DNA of 57,362 nt, counting the filler, from Sphacelaria rigidula (Eukaryota), in assembly GCA_964200075.2 (NCBI GenBank). It is 8 parts of 8 records of this genome, joined end to end, with 100 filler letters (N's around TTAATTAATTAA, not from the genome) between each part and the next. Parts side by side here need not be neighbours in the genome. Positions count along the whole stretch, not along the records: positions 7,184 to 14,266 come from CAXNAA020016576.1; positions 14,367 to 21,449 come from CAXNAA020016577.1; positions 21,550 to 28,632 come from CAXNAA020016578.1; 5 more parts are not named here. One strand, written 5' to 3'. This document shows, in pieces, positions 12,201 through 25,034 of this stretch; within the stretch, counting starts at the first letter, position 1; each line of letters begins with the position of its first letter. The notes under the pieces were generated by a model that had not been told where the DNA came from, searched no databases, and was given only the letters and a program-made list of their open reading frames with translations. A program made the translations under genes and the position numbers.

Positions 12201-14385
12201 ACGCGCTCCGCCCGTGTAATTCAATTCAGTGCGTTTAATTGAATTTCAAGGCAGAGGTTACCCTTTGGGTGTGTAGTCGATACTGGGTACCAACTGCGGC
12301 GTGACGCCTGCGGCGGTACTACCTGCTCACTGCACAGCGGCAGGGTTCCGGGTGACAAAGCACACCGCAGAACGTCGCATCCTTAGTCTATCCCTATCTT
12401 GCATTGGTTTCGCAGTGTCCTATGCAGTTCGCCACATCATGAGTGCAGCCGTTGTATCGCAGCCAGGGTGTACGCAGGATATAAACCTCCTCGCCACGCG
12501 CTATATTGCCATGTCCAATTTTGTAAAGCTGTCGGTGTTGCAGCTACAGCGTGCGTTTGCCCCAGGTGGCGCACGCAGGAGTGAAAGGCCGCCTCCGCCG
12601 TTGTAATGGCCGCCTGTATCTTGGGCGAAGCTGTATGGTAACACAGCCGCGGCTGGTGCGCCCACATATACCGAAAGGTGGAGACCGACGTTCAGAACTT
12701 ATGGGACGACAACACACACAGCACACTCGACGTTGCGCAGTACAATTTCCATATCGTGTTCGTACTGTCTGTATATTTGTTTTGTCCACGGTTGGGTACA
12801 TTTTCCATATATAATGCAGGGGCGAAATCGAGGCGAATTGCAGGTGAGGCAATCGCCGAAATATTCACCTGCAAACTCTCCTCCAGTGCACTGTAAGTTG
12901 ATACCGCTAGAAGGACACTACCATAACCACCTTGCCGGCTGCCAGACTATCTCAGGCTGTCAGGACGTAGGATCCGCCAGCATTGCCACTGTCTGTACGG
13001 GGGTGTTGCTCCCTTGTCAGGTACGTTTTGGAGCATGATACTCGATGTAGATCATCCTTGTACATCGACACCAAACGCTGGGGATTCTTACTCAAGACTT
13101 CGATTTGGAGGGTGATACCAGGTGGGCAGCAGCAACTGCTGTTTGTCGAGGTTCCCCTTGAAGCAAGATGCGTTTGGTATCCGTTTGACAAAGGTATCCC
13201 GAGAAGAACCAATTCGACAGGGTTTTTAGAGTGGAAAACTCTAGCAAAACAACTATCGCAAGAATCCGATCGAAAGAATCCGATCGCAGGAACCCGGACG
13301 CGAAAACGGCGTCGCAAAAACCAGTTAGTCGAATTTTTGCCCGCAGCAGGAACCAACTTTACTTCGTGAAATCGGAATTGAAAACAATTTATTTTTCCAG
13401 GGTGTGAAACATATTGAGCAGTCAACATATATTGGGGCCGCGTGGGTGCCAACATATTGGTCGGTCCATGTATATTGAAGCTGTACGATTGCGAATATGC
13501 TGCCCGGTCAGGGTATCAGTATAAGTGTATATATATATATATCCGGGTAGTGTGTGTTACACCATCTATTATGGCGGTCATCAATCTCAAATTGTTTCAA
13601 CATCGGGGGGGGGGGGGACGATCTCCTCCGATTTTCGAAAAAATCGGGGGGGGGCTGAGCCCCCCCCCCCCCTTTTGGGGGGGGGGGGGGAGTAAATTGA
13701 AGTAACACGGGGGGATTAGGGGGNNNNNNNNNNATTTTTCACCACCCGGGGGGGGGGGCCGACCATCCCCCCCCATTTCCAAAAAAATCGGGGGGGAGCT
13801 GACCCCCCCCCCCCCCATTTTGAGGAGGTGACGTACGTACATTGAAGTACAACGGTAGGATACGAGGCGTTTGATATTCTTGCAATCGCAGTGGAAGACA
13901 CCCTCGTCACAGCGCGGGGCGTGCCTGCCCGCGCCAGGTGCTGAAGCAGCCTCGCACTGGTTTGACTATCGAATAATATGCGTTGACGCCGTACCCCTCG
14001 GCGATGGTGATTTAATATGTTATACTGCACAGCGCTGCCATGTGTATCACCATAGCGAACGGTACTGTTCAGTCCAAGTCTGTTGTCGCTGTATTGTCAG
14101 GGTGGTGTAAAGCACTGCACTTCTGAACTTCTCTCGCACACTGTTAGTTCACTGTCCTGGCAATACCGACTGTGCCATTATGTATTACCACACAGTACTG
14201 CCATGTACTGTGATGGAGTGTCAACAGTGTTTTCGTGAGATTGAGAGTAGATGATACGATTGAGAGNNNNNNNNNNNNNNNNNNNNNNNNNNNNNNNNNN
14301 NNNNNNNNNNTTAATTAATTAANNNNNNNNNNNNNNNNNNNNNNNNNNNNNNNNNNNNNNNNNNNNGTGTGGGGAAAGCACTGTA

Positions 14386-15810
14386 TTGGGCTTGAACCTC
14401 ATCTCGGACTTAAACCTCAATTCGCACAGTTTGTTGTTCAATGGTGGAACGGAACGAGTGAACCATACGATGGCACAGATGCTTGCTGCTGTGGCGAATG
14501 AGAGACAGACGGAGTGGGATCTTCATCTGCCCCTCGTCCAAATGAACTCTAATAATTCAGTCAATGCCGCTACGGGATTGGCACCGAATGAAATTCATAT
14601 TGGTCGCATGCCTAGGTTACCTTTTACGGTGTTCGAACGCAAAAATACAGGCGGACATCGGAGTCTGGATCGTGATGTTGTAGAGTATCATTTGTCAGTT
14701 AGCAATCGTCTTCGTCTTGCACATGAAGTGATACGAGAACAGAACCAAATCAATTTAGCCAAGGTGGCCAGGGCGAACTCGGTGTTGGATGATGTGGTAC
14801 ATAACCGCCCGGTGTGGAAGGTAGGTCAATGGGCATGGATATATAACGATGTCAAGACCATCAATCAAGGGGCTAGCTCAAAATCAACCTATTTGGACAA
14901 GGTGTTGAAGGCGAATCCTTCCTTGAATTGGACTGGTCCTTGGGAAATTTTGGCTGTTGGTCCAAGCGCTACCGCACCCGACAAAAGTCCGGTGGGAGCG
15001 AAACGTTTGTATTTAGATTTTCCCACGGATGAACCTGGTTTGAAGCCGAAACATCGCGTCTCGATGCTACGATGCAAACCGTGTATCCCCCCCCTCATGA
15101 CTCCTCGGACATGCCCAGACTACTGCCGCTGGGGCTTAACCAGTATGTGTTGACCAAGTATGCGATCAAAACTCCGCCGTGTCATATGACGGTCGAGGAT
15201 GCGGACGGACCCTTGGAATGTGTTGCGGTAGATAAGATTTCGGGCCATCAACTGGTCCGCGGCCGTGGTGGTAAGATAGCGGTATTAGACACATTGGAAG
15301 GGTATAATACGTGATACATGGGAGCATGAAGTTGACTTCCGTCATTTTCGTCGGGAAATCTTGCTGTACTGGGTACGAGATGCCGTCCAATACCGCCCGT
15401 TGAATAAGAGACATAGGTCTATGCGCAAGGGAGCTGCCGCTCGGGAACTGATGCGTGAGGACTCAGCGCGGTTTGTCGTAGCAGGGTATAGCCTTCTTTC
15501 GCGTTCGCAATACATGCAGTCTTTTCACGGATAACGTTTGCCAAAGGGGGCGTACTTTTGGTATAAGGCTTTGGATTCACTGTGGTGGTTGAGTAAGATT
15601 CATTTCTTCGACCCTGCCTCTGACAACTCCTACTTTATCCGTTTCCTCGATGACCCGAGCCCCCTTCAGATTCGCTTGGATGATGCCTACTACACCGAGG
15701 TGCCGACCGCTCGCCGGGGATCCTTGTGCCTCCATCGACACGACCAAGGCGATCTTGACACAGCCGTTCTACGCAACACGGACACCGGTTGGGATGCAGA
15801 AGACTCATGA
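14386..15810 (+). mobile_element. Ty3/Gypsy LTR retrotransposon pol C-terminus (integrase core end, GPY/F, chromodomain, Tudor-like tail), pseudogenised
   Basis: NGGTERVNHTMAQML...WDLHLPLVQ...NNSVNAATGLAPNEIHIGR (integrase) and NWTGPWEILAV (GPY/F). After a frameshift in the C-run at ~15090: VDKISGHQLVRGRGGKIAVL. After a second shift: THWKGIIRDTWEHEVD (chromodomain). In-frame TAA at 15532, then PKGAYFWYKALDSLWWLSKI...YFIRFLDD. Confidence 0.9.
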
Positions 15811-15964
15811 TGCCGCATCCGAGTCGCTTTCCGATTCACCTTGCTTAGTGTACCATGTTCGAGTCGCTTGTCTTGCGCCGTAGCGTCGTTAGAAAAACAT
15901 GTGCCCCCCCCCCCCGCGCTTCCTTTTTTTTTCCGTACTGCTGTAGCCCCCGTTCTTGTAGTGG

Positions 15965-16035
15965 TTGTATTTTGTATTTTGTATTTTGTATTTTGTATTT
16001 TGTATTTTGTATTTTGTATTTTGTATTTTGTATTT
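15965..16035. repeat. (TTTTGTA)n heptanucleotide tandem repeat
   Basis: About 9-10 near-perfect units. They produce the spurious KYKIQNT and CILYFVF ORFs. Confidence 0.95.
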
Positions 16036-17387
16036 GTTTTCTGTTTTTTTTGTCTGGTACCCTGTCTTTGTATTTTGTTTTGGCTTGTGTCGTTTTCTTT
16101 TTTTTTTCTTTTCGTCTCGAGTTTTGTATATTTCTTCTGTGTTTGATGCATATATATATATATATATATATGGTTATTTCTGGGCTCATATGTCAAAGTA
16201 TTACGTGACGACCGTTACGTGACGACCGTTCCACATTCCTGACCCCGAGTCTGGAACACTTGAACCTTCGTCTCCGTGTCGTACACTCGTGACCATTCCG
16301 TATACTGGAACAGTTGCCACGAGTTGTTTTTCTTTCCTTTCTTCGTTGTACGCACCTTTTGTCTTGTTTTGTTCATTATCCTGTTTTCTTTTTGTTGTTT
16401 GTGTCATCGGTCGAGAGTTTTCGGAGCGAGCGCTAGACATACCTGGCCGCCCCGTCTGTTTTTTTTGCGCTCTTGTTCAATCGCTCCGTACAAGAATACC
16501 GCCTCCCTTTTCGGGATCGGTCGTGACGTGTCTTCTTCTGTGTGCGTTCCATGTTGGGTTTTATGTTACCATGGGCGGTAGTAACCGAAGTCGAGAGCCC
16601 GAAATATTTTGACATTCTTGGCTGATACACTTGACCCTACTTGCTTCGTACACGCGACAACCGCTTCCGCTTACAGGGACGGTCGCCACGTGTTATTTTC
16701 CTACTTTATTTTTTCGGTTATTTTGTTTTTGCTGTTGCCAAGCGTGCCCCTGGTTTTGTATTTGTTTTGATTTTGGTTTTGCGTCTATGTTTTGTGAATT
16801 TCGCAATGAGTGTTCCAACGTTCCTGACCCTCTTGGCCTACTTTTCTGCGAGCCCTGCACACGCGCAACCGACCTCGTATATAGGAGGATCACGTGTAAT
16901 GCGACGAAACGGATGAGTTATGCTTTAGTGATTGGTAAGATACAACGAGGTCACCACTGACCGCGTCGCACGTAACGATGTTGAGGAATTGTCATTGAAG
17001 TCGTGGAATAATTGGTTGCAAACGCCTCCTCATACAGGACCATCACGTATCATGATAGCATAGATCGCTCTTCCGGAACTGACGATTCCGCTATGTCGAT
17101 ATTCGACCATTGGTACAGCCTACAGGCTCAGAGTCCGCCACTCGCTATTTTTCTTGTCACTGCTTACACCAGTTATTTGCGTACGATTACCCGCCCATGA
17201 AATCAGTCGGTGGTGTTTCGTTTTCATCAGGGATTATTGGACGAAGAACGTGACGGTACAACCGGCTGTGGTTTTTACTCCAGTTTGTGTGCGAGTCAAT
17301 CTCGTTTTCGTCCGAACGGACAAATACCATGAGGAGTGGACTGCGTTGGCCCTCGCTCTCCCGTGTATTTGTCGTGGTTCAGAAATG

Positions 17388-17500
17388 CACGGGTGGCCGC
17401 TGGGGTGCCTGTAACCTCAAATTTGGACGTTGCAGACGTTGCACAAGGTCTGTAACGTGCACAATTGAGGTTGCAGGCACCCCAGAGTGGCCGCCCGGGT
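17388..17500. mobile_element. Short palindromic MITE-like element
   Basis: CGGGTGGCCGCTGGGGTGCCTGTAACCTCAA pairs with TTGAGGTTGCAGGCACCCCAGAGTGGCCGCCCG. Confidence 0.6.
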
Positions 17501-18721
17501 GTGTTGGGCGATCTGCCTCGCAACTACGTAGTAGCTCCAATGGTTGTGTATTGACTCAAATACGTTTCCTTTGACGTGTACGGATACCCGACCTCACAAA
17601 CCGGCCGGCTGTTTTCGTATCTCGTCGTGTGAGAAAAACACAATGATGTACGACTGGATTATCACTCAGACGTGCTTAGCAACACGTTGCTCTCACAAAC
17701 ATGTATCGACAATTAACTCACGACAACCGGGTTGATTTGTCCGTATCATGCGTATTTCGCTTTTCTCAACGTATGGTTTTCGCGGGAAACCACCTTTTTC
17801 GCGACGAAATCGGATGTACGTTGTTGTCTTTTGCTGATTGACTGGGACGAGTGATTAGCACAAAATTTGTTACCGAAGTGATATAATGCCTTGGCGGGCG
17901 TGTTTGTTTTTCTACCAATGAAACTGGGAACAACGCGGACTTCCGGAGAAGATTGAACTATTTTATTTATGATATAGTTATTGCAGTGTTGGATGATCGT
18001 TTCAATGATGGACCGCTGATTTCCTGTGACTATCTCGGAAATGCTCACGCCATTTTTGAGGACACTGCATTTTTTCGATACAGTATATCGGTTTAATCTT
18101 CTTTTGTTTGCGATTTGTTTATTTTTGGATTTTCCATGATTCCCCCTGAAATGCTCACGGAATGTGAGGAAACTGCATTCTTGTATCGGTTCGATTTTTT
18201 CCTTTTGCTTTTTTTTTGTGTCTGTCTTTCTTTTGTTTTTTTGGTGTTGGTCGTACCTTATCGCTCCCCGTACCGAAGAACACTTGATCTTTAAAATGAG
18301 TCTCAGTTTTCTGTGGTGTGGGAGTGGTGTGTCTCGATGCAAGTTTTTCCCTTTTGAAACGGACCTGCACTTGTCACGTTCCAGGGTGGGCTATTGTGAT
18401 GGTATATGACCGCGTGCGAGAATTAAACTAGCACAGTGGGATATCACGATCGTTTCACAAACAATCGGCGGGTATGAAAAGATTACAGCCGAATGTGTGC
18501 TTGCAAAGTAAATATATAAGTGGTGGGTTCTGGATATCACTGCTCGTTGTGAGGAACTTGTAGACTGGTCTGCGTATCCTTGGCCGTGCAAATACGCTCC
18601 TGCTACTGGAGCTTTGATTGGCTGAAGGCACGCGCCAGGCTGATTTCGAAATATGGCAGTTGTACGCGAAGCGGCAGGACGCGGTTTTCGAAGACCGCCG
18701 TTCCCCCCACCGCCTCTCGAA

Positions 18722-18971
18722 GAGTCATCCTACGATAGGGGGGGGGGGTATTTGGGGCCACTTCTTGCACGAAATTCCAAGGCAAATCGCCGTGAAATCA
18801 GCAACGGTTGCTCGAACGAGCTTTCTATAGATACATGAAGCTCATTCATACCGATTGACACCGTTTTGAACCAAATACAAGCGCATCGCGAGTGTTGCAG
18901 GTCATCTAACACACTTATCAGCCTTTTTTTTCGTGCAATCAAATACCCCCCCCCCTATCGTAGGATGACTC
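18722..18971. mobile_element. 250-bp MITE with GAG...CTC termini and 4-bp TSD (Sola2-like)
   Basis: TIRs GAGTCATCCTACGATAG(G)nTATTT / AAATA(C)nTATCGTAGGATGACTC with CGAA on both flanks. The left TIR recurs at 28548 and 35751. Confidence 0.85.
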
Positions 18972-21900
18972 CGAAGTCACTTTGTGTTCACCGACCATCG
19001 AGCCGACATCGTTTGGATATAGGGTTACGTAGAAACACTAGTTCCAGAAGGATCTCCTGCTATCCCCTGCGCTACTGGCTCCTGATATTCTCTGGTCTAC
19101 AAGTACGTGACGTGACTAACGTAAGTCACGTGTACCATAATTCCTCGCTTATATTTTCTCTATCAATTGTATGAACAAGAGTGGCGTCTGGTGTAGTTCC
19201 CCACACAATAGCTACTTTGTTGTGTGTTGAGATTGAGAACCTCCAGCTTTGATATTACGAGTCGAGCACAGGATCAGCTTGTCACATCCCTCCCTTGGGG
19301 TACGGCTTGCTGTTGCTGCTGCTTTCACGTAGCAGTTGTGTTCTATAGTGACGAAAGCAATAACAATAAAGCGACGCACGCAGCCCCAGCGGAGACCAAA
19401 CCGTGCTCGCCAAGGTCTGAACACATCACAGCGCAGTCACAGCTACAGCACCTGAGAGTGGACGTGGGTGTGTTGATGCTGCAGCACAATGAACGAAACA
19501 GGATATGTCCCATGTAATAGTTCTTCCCCTGATTCCAGACGGGTCCTCCGTATTCGTGGAGTATCGATTTCGAAACCTTCGGTCAGAATCACGCTTCGCA
19601 CAAAAACATTTTCATTCACTTTGAGTTACCCCTAACTGTCGGAGGTGAGCGTAATATTGTACGACTTACGTGCTGAGTTGACAGGGGGTGTCATTGAGAG
19701 ATCTTGCTCGAAAATAACTTTTCTTCGGGCTCTAGTGCGCTGAATACGCAAAAATCAAGAGTAAGTGTTTGTGGAATATTTCACGAGAGCTGTCGGGATT
19801 GGTTCACACACACACACACACACACGGGTGCTATACGAAGCTCGGAATGGCAACTTTCGTAGTTTGGTACTTTGAACATTTTTTCTCGTAGAATATTGTT
19901 CCCTGGCACTCGAAAGGCCCATCGTCGATGGAGATTAGAAGAAAATGCAGGTCGCACCCGGGGCACAAATCTCACTCGGTGTTATCGGGGTGGCACGGAA
20001 AACGTTCCTCGTTTATGAGGGGGGTGCTATCAACCGTCACTGGGCCAATAAACACATATTTTGAGCTCCAGTGCCATGAACGAGTAGAAAGTCAAAAGTA
20101 GCATCCCCTTTTCTATCTTCACGAGAAGGGGCCGGATCTTTGCGTCACATATCCAGAAATACCCAAGGGTCAGGACCTGGGGCTGGGTAGTCACAGAATC
20201 CCCGAAAACCAGTCAACCTCTAAGCGGGTCAATATTGAGTGTAGAGATGATTTTGTCTCGGGATGTGGGGCGGATACCTAGTATTTCTGGATCTCCAAGC
20301 TGTGGGGACAAACAATTACTAGGATAAGCGGTGGCGCGCCCAAACACTATGGGAAGTCGCCGACCACGAAGAAATTCCAAGGAAAAAAAACATTCAGCGT
20401 TAAACTGCTGTATCATGTATCGTCAGTGTAGTGGCATTTGTTGTTACCGTGGGTGGTTAGGGTGTTCGTGTGCAGGTCCTGGCCTTCAAACTCAGTTACT
20501 GAATCAAAATTCTTTTCAAAGAAGAAAATAAGCTTAAAAATGCGAATGGATACATTTTTTAATATAAAACATAAACATCAAAACTTCGAATGCTCAACTT
20601 CTCGTCTTGTCTTCTTGCTAGAAGGCGCCTCTCGTGAGGGTCTGCTGCCACAACGCCACAATATGGACGCGAATAACACGCAAGAAGCACGCACATATTG
20701 TGCTCCAAGAGTTCAAGCAGGGGCTGGGCAAAAAAGACTTTTGAAAAGATGAAACCAAGCCTAAGTCAGAGAAGAAAACGCACATAGGGAAGTAATGCCT
20801 ACCGCCCGCTCTCTTGTACAAATGGTACATTTTTCAGGAACGGCAAATTCAGGACCTAAATGTCGCCGGACATCAAGTTGAGATGAACTGCCGCAACGAG
20901 GACATCTCCGCTAGTCGCTACACTGACTTCAACCATAGTCAGAAACGCGCAGAGTTTAAAATCAGCGTTGTTATAAAGCATGCACCCTGTGTGCATGCAG
21001 GTTGGTGTCTGACAATGCTAGCAGGGTCAGTCCTCTCAAGGTTCGGGTTACGGACGTGTCCAAATCAGTTCACACCTCAATAACTTCACGCAGTAAGCTA
21101 TATCCACTTGATACAAAAGACTCTTGTTCACTCGTATTCGTTATCGCTCCGTTCAAGGCTCTCTCACGTTCCTCTCCGGCTATAGCAATTGCTCAGCTGT
21201 CAGCTCCACTTAGCGAGTGCGTCAAGAGGGCTCACGACCGGTTGAAAAACCACGTCTGTACCTTTTATCAGTCTCACATCCGGCCTAGTCAAGCTTGATC
21301 AGACTCGCAACTATAAAATCCCAGATTTGATCATAAATGCCTCCTAGCTTCATGACAGTTGAATGTTTTGCATGCAATAGTTCACGGTTAGGACAAATCA
21401 TCACGACTCAAATTCACCAAATTCACGATTTCTTCGGCCTGACTGCCCGNNNNNNNNNNNNNNNNNNNNNNNNNNNNNNNNNNNNNNNNNNNNTTAATTA
21501 ATTAANNNNNNNNNNNNNNNNNNNNNNNNNNNNNNNNNNNNNNNNNNNNGGACCGCGGTGCCCGTAGTCCATCTGGACCACGCGTGAACTTTTTCCAAGT
21601 GAATATTGATGCCGATTCAGCAGGTGACCTACTCTCGCGGTCTGACGGTCAAGTCCTCCTACGGAGTTTGGGGGGAAAGATACTTTCGCTCTGTGTTCCT
21701 CTTTTGTATCTTCCCTGCAAGAGAGAAATGCGACTTCAGCCCCATTTTAGTGTTGAACCCCAAAATTCAAAATCGGCTGTTACATTTAAACGTTTCGTCT
21801 CATTATCGGAACCGGCGCAGCGAGGCATGTCATGAATAAAACCTCACTCTCAATCGTACTTTCAACGCTCGATTTCACGGAAACATTGTTAGGTTTGCCG

Positions 21901-22719
21901 GAAGGATTTTGCACCAATGTGCGAGGTAAGCGTTTTGTCCATTCATGATGCAGACACACCCGGCCGCTGAAAGCCATGAAAACCCTGCTCTCAGTCGTGT
22001 CGTAGATTCTCAATTTTACGAAAACATTGTTACCAATGCTTCGAACTATGATCCCTTTCTTCGCCTACTGGTAGCTATTGACAACAACTATACGCCATAC
22101 AAATTTGGATTTCGATCACCGAAATGTTGGGGTCCTAGTGCAGACCCAATTTCAGCAATGTTTTCGGGAGATCGAGCGTAGAGCGCTGATTCAACTTGGC
22201 CAATTTTTCATCCCTTGTGTGCTTTTCTTTGCCTCTATCACTGGCGTGTGGTTACAGCTGCACGTCAATATCCTACTCAGCGATAACAACGGCCTCAGTG
22301 GCAACCTACTCAGAAAACATATTGGGTCTCGTGGAGGAGTATTTCGGAACTGAAACGATTCATTCTCTAATTGATCGTTTTTTTACTCTCAATCGTATCC
22401 TCTACTCTCAATCTCACAAAAACATTGTTTTCTGGAGAATTTCTGCGATCCAATCGAATCGCCGAAATTCCACGAAAACATCGGTTTTTCGCCGAGGGCC
22501 CAACCGTTTCGGTTATACAAATTTAAATTCACATGCCGTGTAGAAGTTCTCAATAGCGACCAGTAGGTGACGGAATGGAACTGTATTCCGAATATTTGGT
22601 GTGGATACAACAGCCTGCATTCGTTTTTGAGGTTCAACATTTTAATGAGTTTCAACTCGAAAACAGTGATTTCCCTGTGCTAACGGTATTTGTGTAATAT
22701 ATGGAAAAAACGTGACGAG

Positions 22720-23360
22720 CACCGAGATGTTGGAGGTGTCTTTGTCACAAGTAGGAACAGTGCTCCGTCTCGAAAGGGATGCGTGGTCCATGGGCAAACG
22801 GCTAAAGGCAGGCAACGACTGAGTACATTCCTCACCCTCCATAGCGGCACCATGGGGTTGGCGTCGGTTGGCGGTGACGCCGCAAAACACACCACTCACT
22901 ACATAAGCTAGGCAAACAGGTTCTCGATGTTTTGCGTGCTTGCGTTTTGTTGTGGTAACCATGATGGTCGAGCTAGATCAAGTTGTGCGGGGTGACAGAA
23001 CCCCAACTCCGCGCAAAGAGGGTGGTCGTACTACGGAGTGTGTAAATGGTGAGATACCTATGGGGCAGTCATTAACACGGGATATTACGAATTGGGGATG
23101 GATCTTTTATTGGGGATGAGAAACCCGGAGAATTCAAATATTCGTATCAACACCAAATCTTCGAAATATGGTTCCATTTCTTCATCTATTGATAGCTATT
23201 GACAACTGCCACACGCCATGAAAAAATTGGATGTCGTTCACCGAAATGTTGGGGTCCTAGATGGAAAACCAGTTTTGGGGAATTCCGGGTGTCCGAACGG
23301 ACGCCAAAACAATCCTAGCAGGATGCAGTTCACTTTTCATTCGACTCGCCGAACACATCG
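22720..23360 (+). repeat. Longest copy of dispersed repeat family A
   Basis: Joins modules seen separately at 6905-7020 and 57192-57270, 49820-49990, 715-830 and 22070-22160, and 50125-50180. Confidence 0.75.
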
Positions 23361-25034
23361 CGGCGCTTCGCGCTTGGTGATTGATTGCGAGCCTGGTCCG
23401 GCGAAAACCCGGCGTGCTCCGTCCAGGCTTTGAATGGATGCGAGGTCAACGGTCACAAGAGTGTGGTATTCAAGATCATGAGTACATCCCCACAGGTCGT
23501 CTCAGATAGCCCATGACACGTTTGAGGTCTGAAACCCAGCACACTCAGCCACTGTGGTGGTGGATTGACGTGGAATCAAAAATGGACGGCGGCGAGGCAA
23601 TACTTCCAAAAATGGGGTTCAAAAACTGTGTTGTCGTATGTTCGGTCGCCTAGCGGCACGCAGTCATACGGCGTTGCGCACCAAAACAAGTGCGTTAACC
23701 ATCAGCCAATATTTCCTCGATAGATTGCTCTGCTTTGCATCGCGCTTCGAGTTTTCTTTCCTTTGTTATGATGGAAAAGGCGCATAATCGGCATGCAAGT
23801 AGAAGCACGTGAAGATACACTGTATTGTGCCCATCATTTCGAGAAAAAAATCTCATCCACGGCACCACCGGATGATGAAAGATCGAAGTGGGTGTTTTCC
23901 GCCGTTCGTCACAGTGACTCGTGCTGGCTGGACTTCGATACTCCGTCAGACTTCTTTGTGCTTGTCGCTGCTGTATACACCCATTGTATCCGTTTCGTCT
24001 TGCCGTGCTTACCCTTTCCCTTGGATTGTGCGATCACTTCCAATAGACGTTCAGAGTCATGCGAAGGGGGGTTGCCCATTTTGAATGCGGTTGATGAAGT
24101 TCATCTCTTTGGCAACCAGCTCTCCGGTTCTGAAAAGTTTGAAAACCACCGTTGGACTTCTGTACTGTGTACGCAGTACACTTCTATTTATGTAGTCTAC
24201 CGTCGGTTCTAAAACGTTCTTATAACACTGTTGGACTTCTGTATTGTGTTAAGTGTAATACTCTGTACTATACATGATACTATGCTGCGTAGTACTGCAA
24301 ACGTTCTAATAAAAACGAAGTTGTCTGTCACAGATTTTCTGTCACAAGAAATAAATGTGACATGAGGAAAGGCTCAAGACGACGACATTTTTCGTTTTTC
24401 ATGCTGAAAAATCGCAAAGCTTGAAGCAGCAGTCGAATCGTTGGCGGCTGGTGACAACCCACAGTGCAGTACTGTATTAGTGTGCCTTTATTCCTTCGCT
24501 ACGAGACCACTCCATCTTGTGTGTGGTCATTAGGAGCGTATTTGCGAATTCTACGTCTTTATGTCCATGGTTTCAACCGTCACCCAACCACATCAGACTT
24601 GCGAATATAATTCGTGTGTACTATTACCCTAACTATATCACTGCCGTATTTTTTCTACGAGAGGGGTGGCGTGTTGTCATCACCAAATGCCGTCCCCGCT
24701 AACTGCGACAAAATCATGGCTCAAGATTGTTTGATTGGACATATCTGAAACCTCTGCAAAACTCCAATCGACAATATATCAGCCCCATAAAAGAAAACCA
24801 TCGCAAAACAATAGCAATACAAAAACACTAATTCAGCAGCTATATACTACAGGCACATGTAACCATCAATACTAGTCAATATTCAGTACAAGACGTACGC
24901 GGGCAAAAATAGAGCAACGAACCAATTCAGCAGAAAGCCAGCGCCTCGGACAGTTTAGTTCATTTCACGAATAAAGGCACCGCAAACATTTTCGTCTCTT
25001 GTCCCAAGCGGCGTACTCCACCCTTGAATGCGCT

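Larger units (their letters stand above)
16171..19300 (+). mobile_element. Long non-coding repeat (probable Gypsy 3' UTR plus LTR) with nested insertions
   Basis: Collinear blocks match 33340-35725 in reverse complement (16171-16980, 16985-17160, 18250-18460, 18605-18670, 19090-19290). Purine-rich ATAGGAGGA precedes TGTAATGCGACG at 16895, and the other copy has ATAGGAAGG at the same place. Confidence 0.7.

Noticed and set aside
13600..13820. Inverted or duplicated G/C-run sequences flanking 10-N gaps (also 30740-30950 and 50920-51070)
   Set aside because: The same sequence appears in noisier form across a small gap beside homopolymers, consistent with low-quality contig-end overlap. A real TIR cannot be shown.
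15690..16222. Overlapping ORFs with KYKIQNT and CILYFVF repeats
   Set aside because: These are translations of the (TTTTGTA)n and (TA)n simple repeats.
23460..24212. Decayed ORF-like region, possible transposase relic
   Set aside because: No diagnostic motif could be recognised on either strand.
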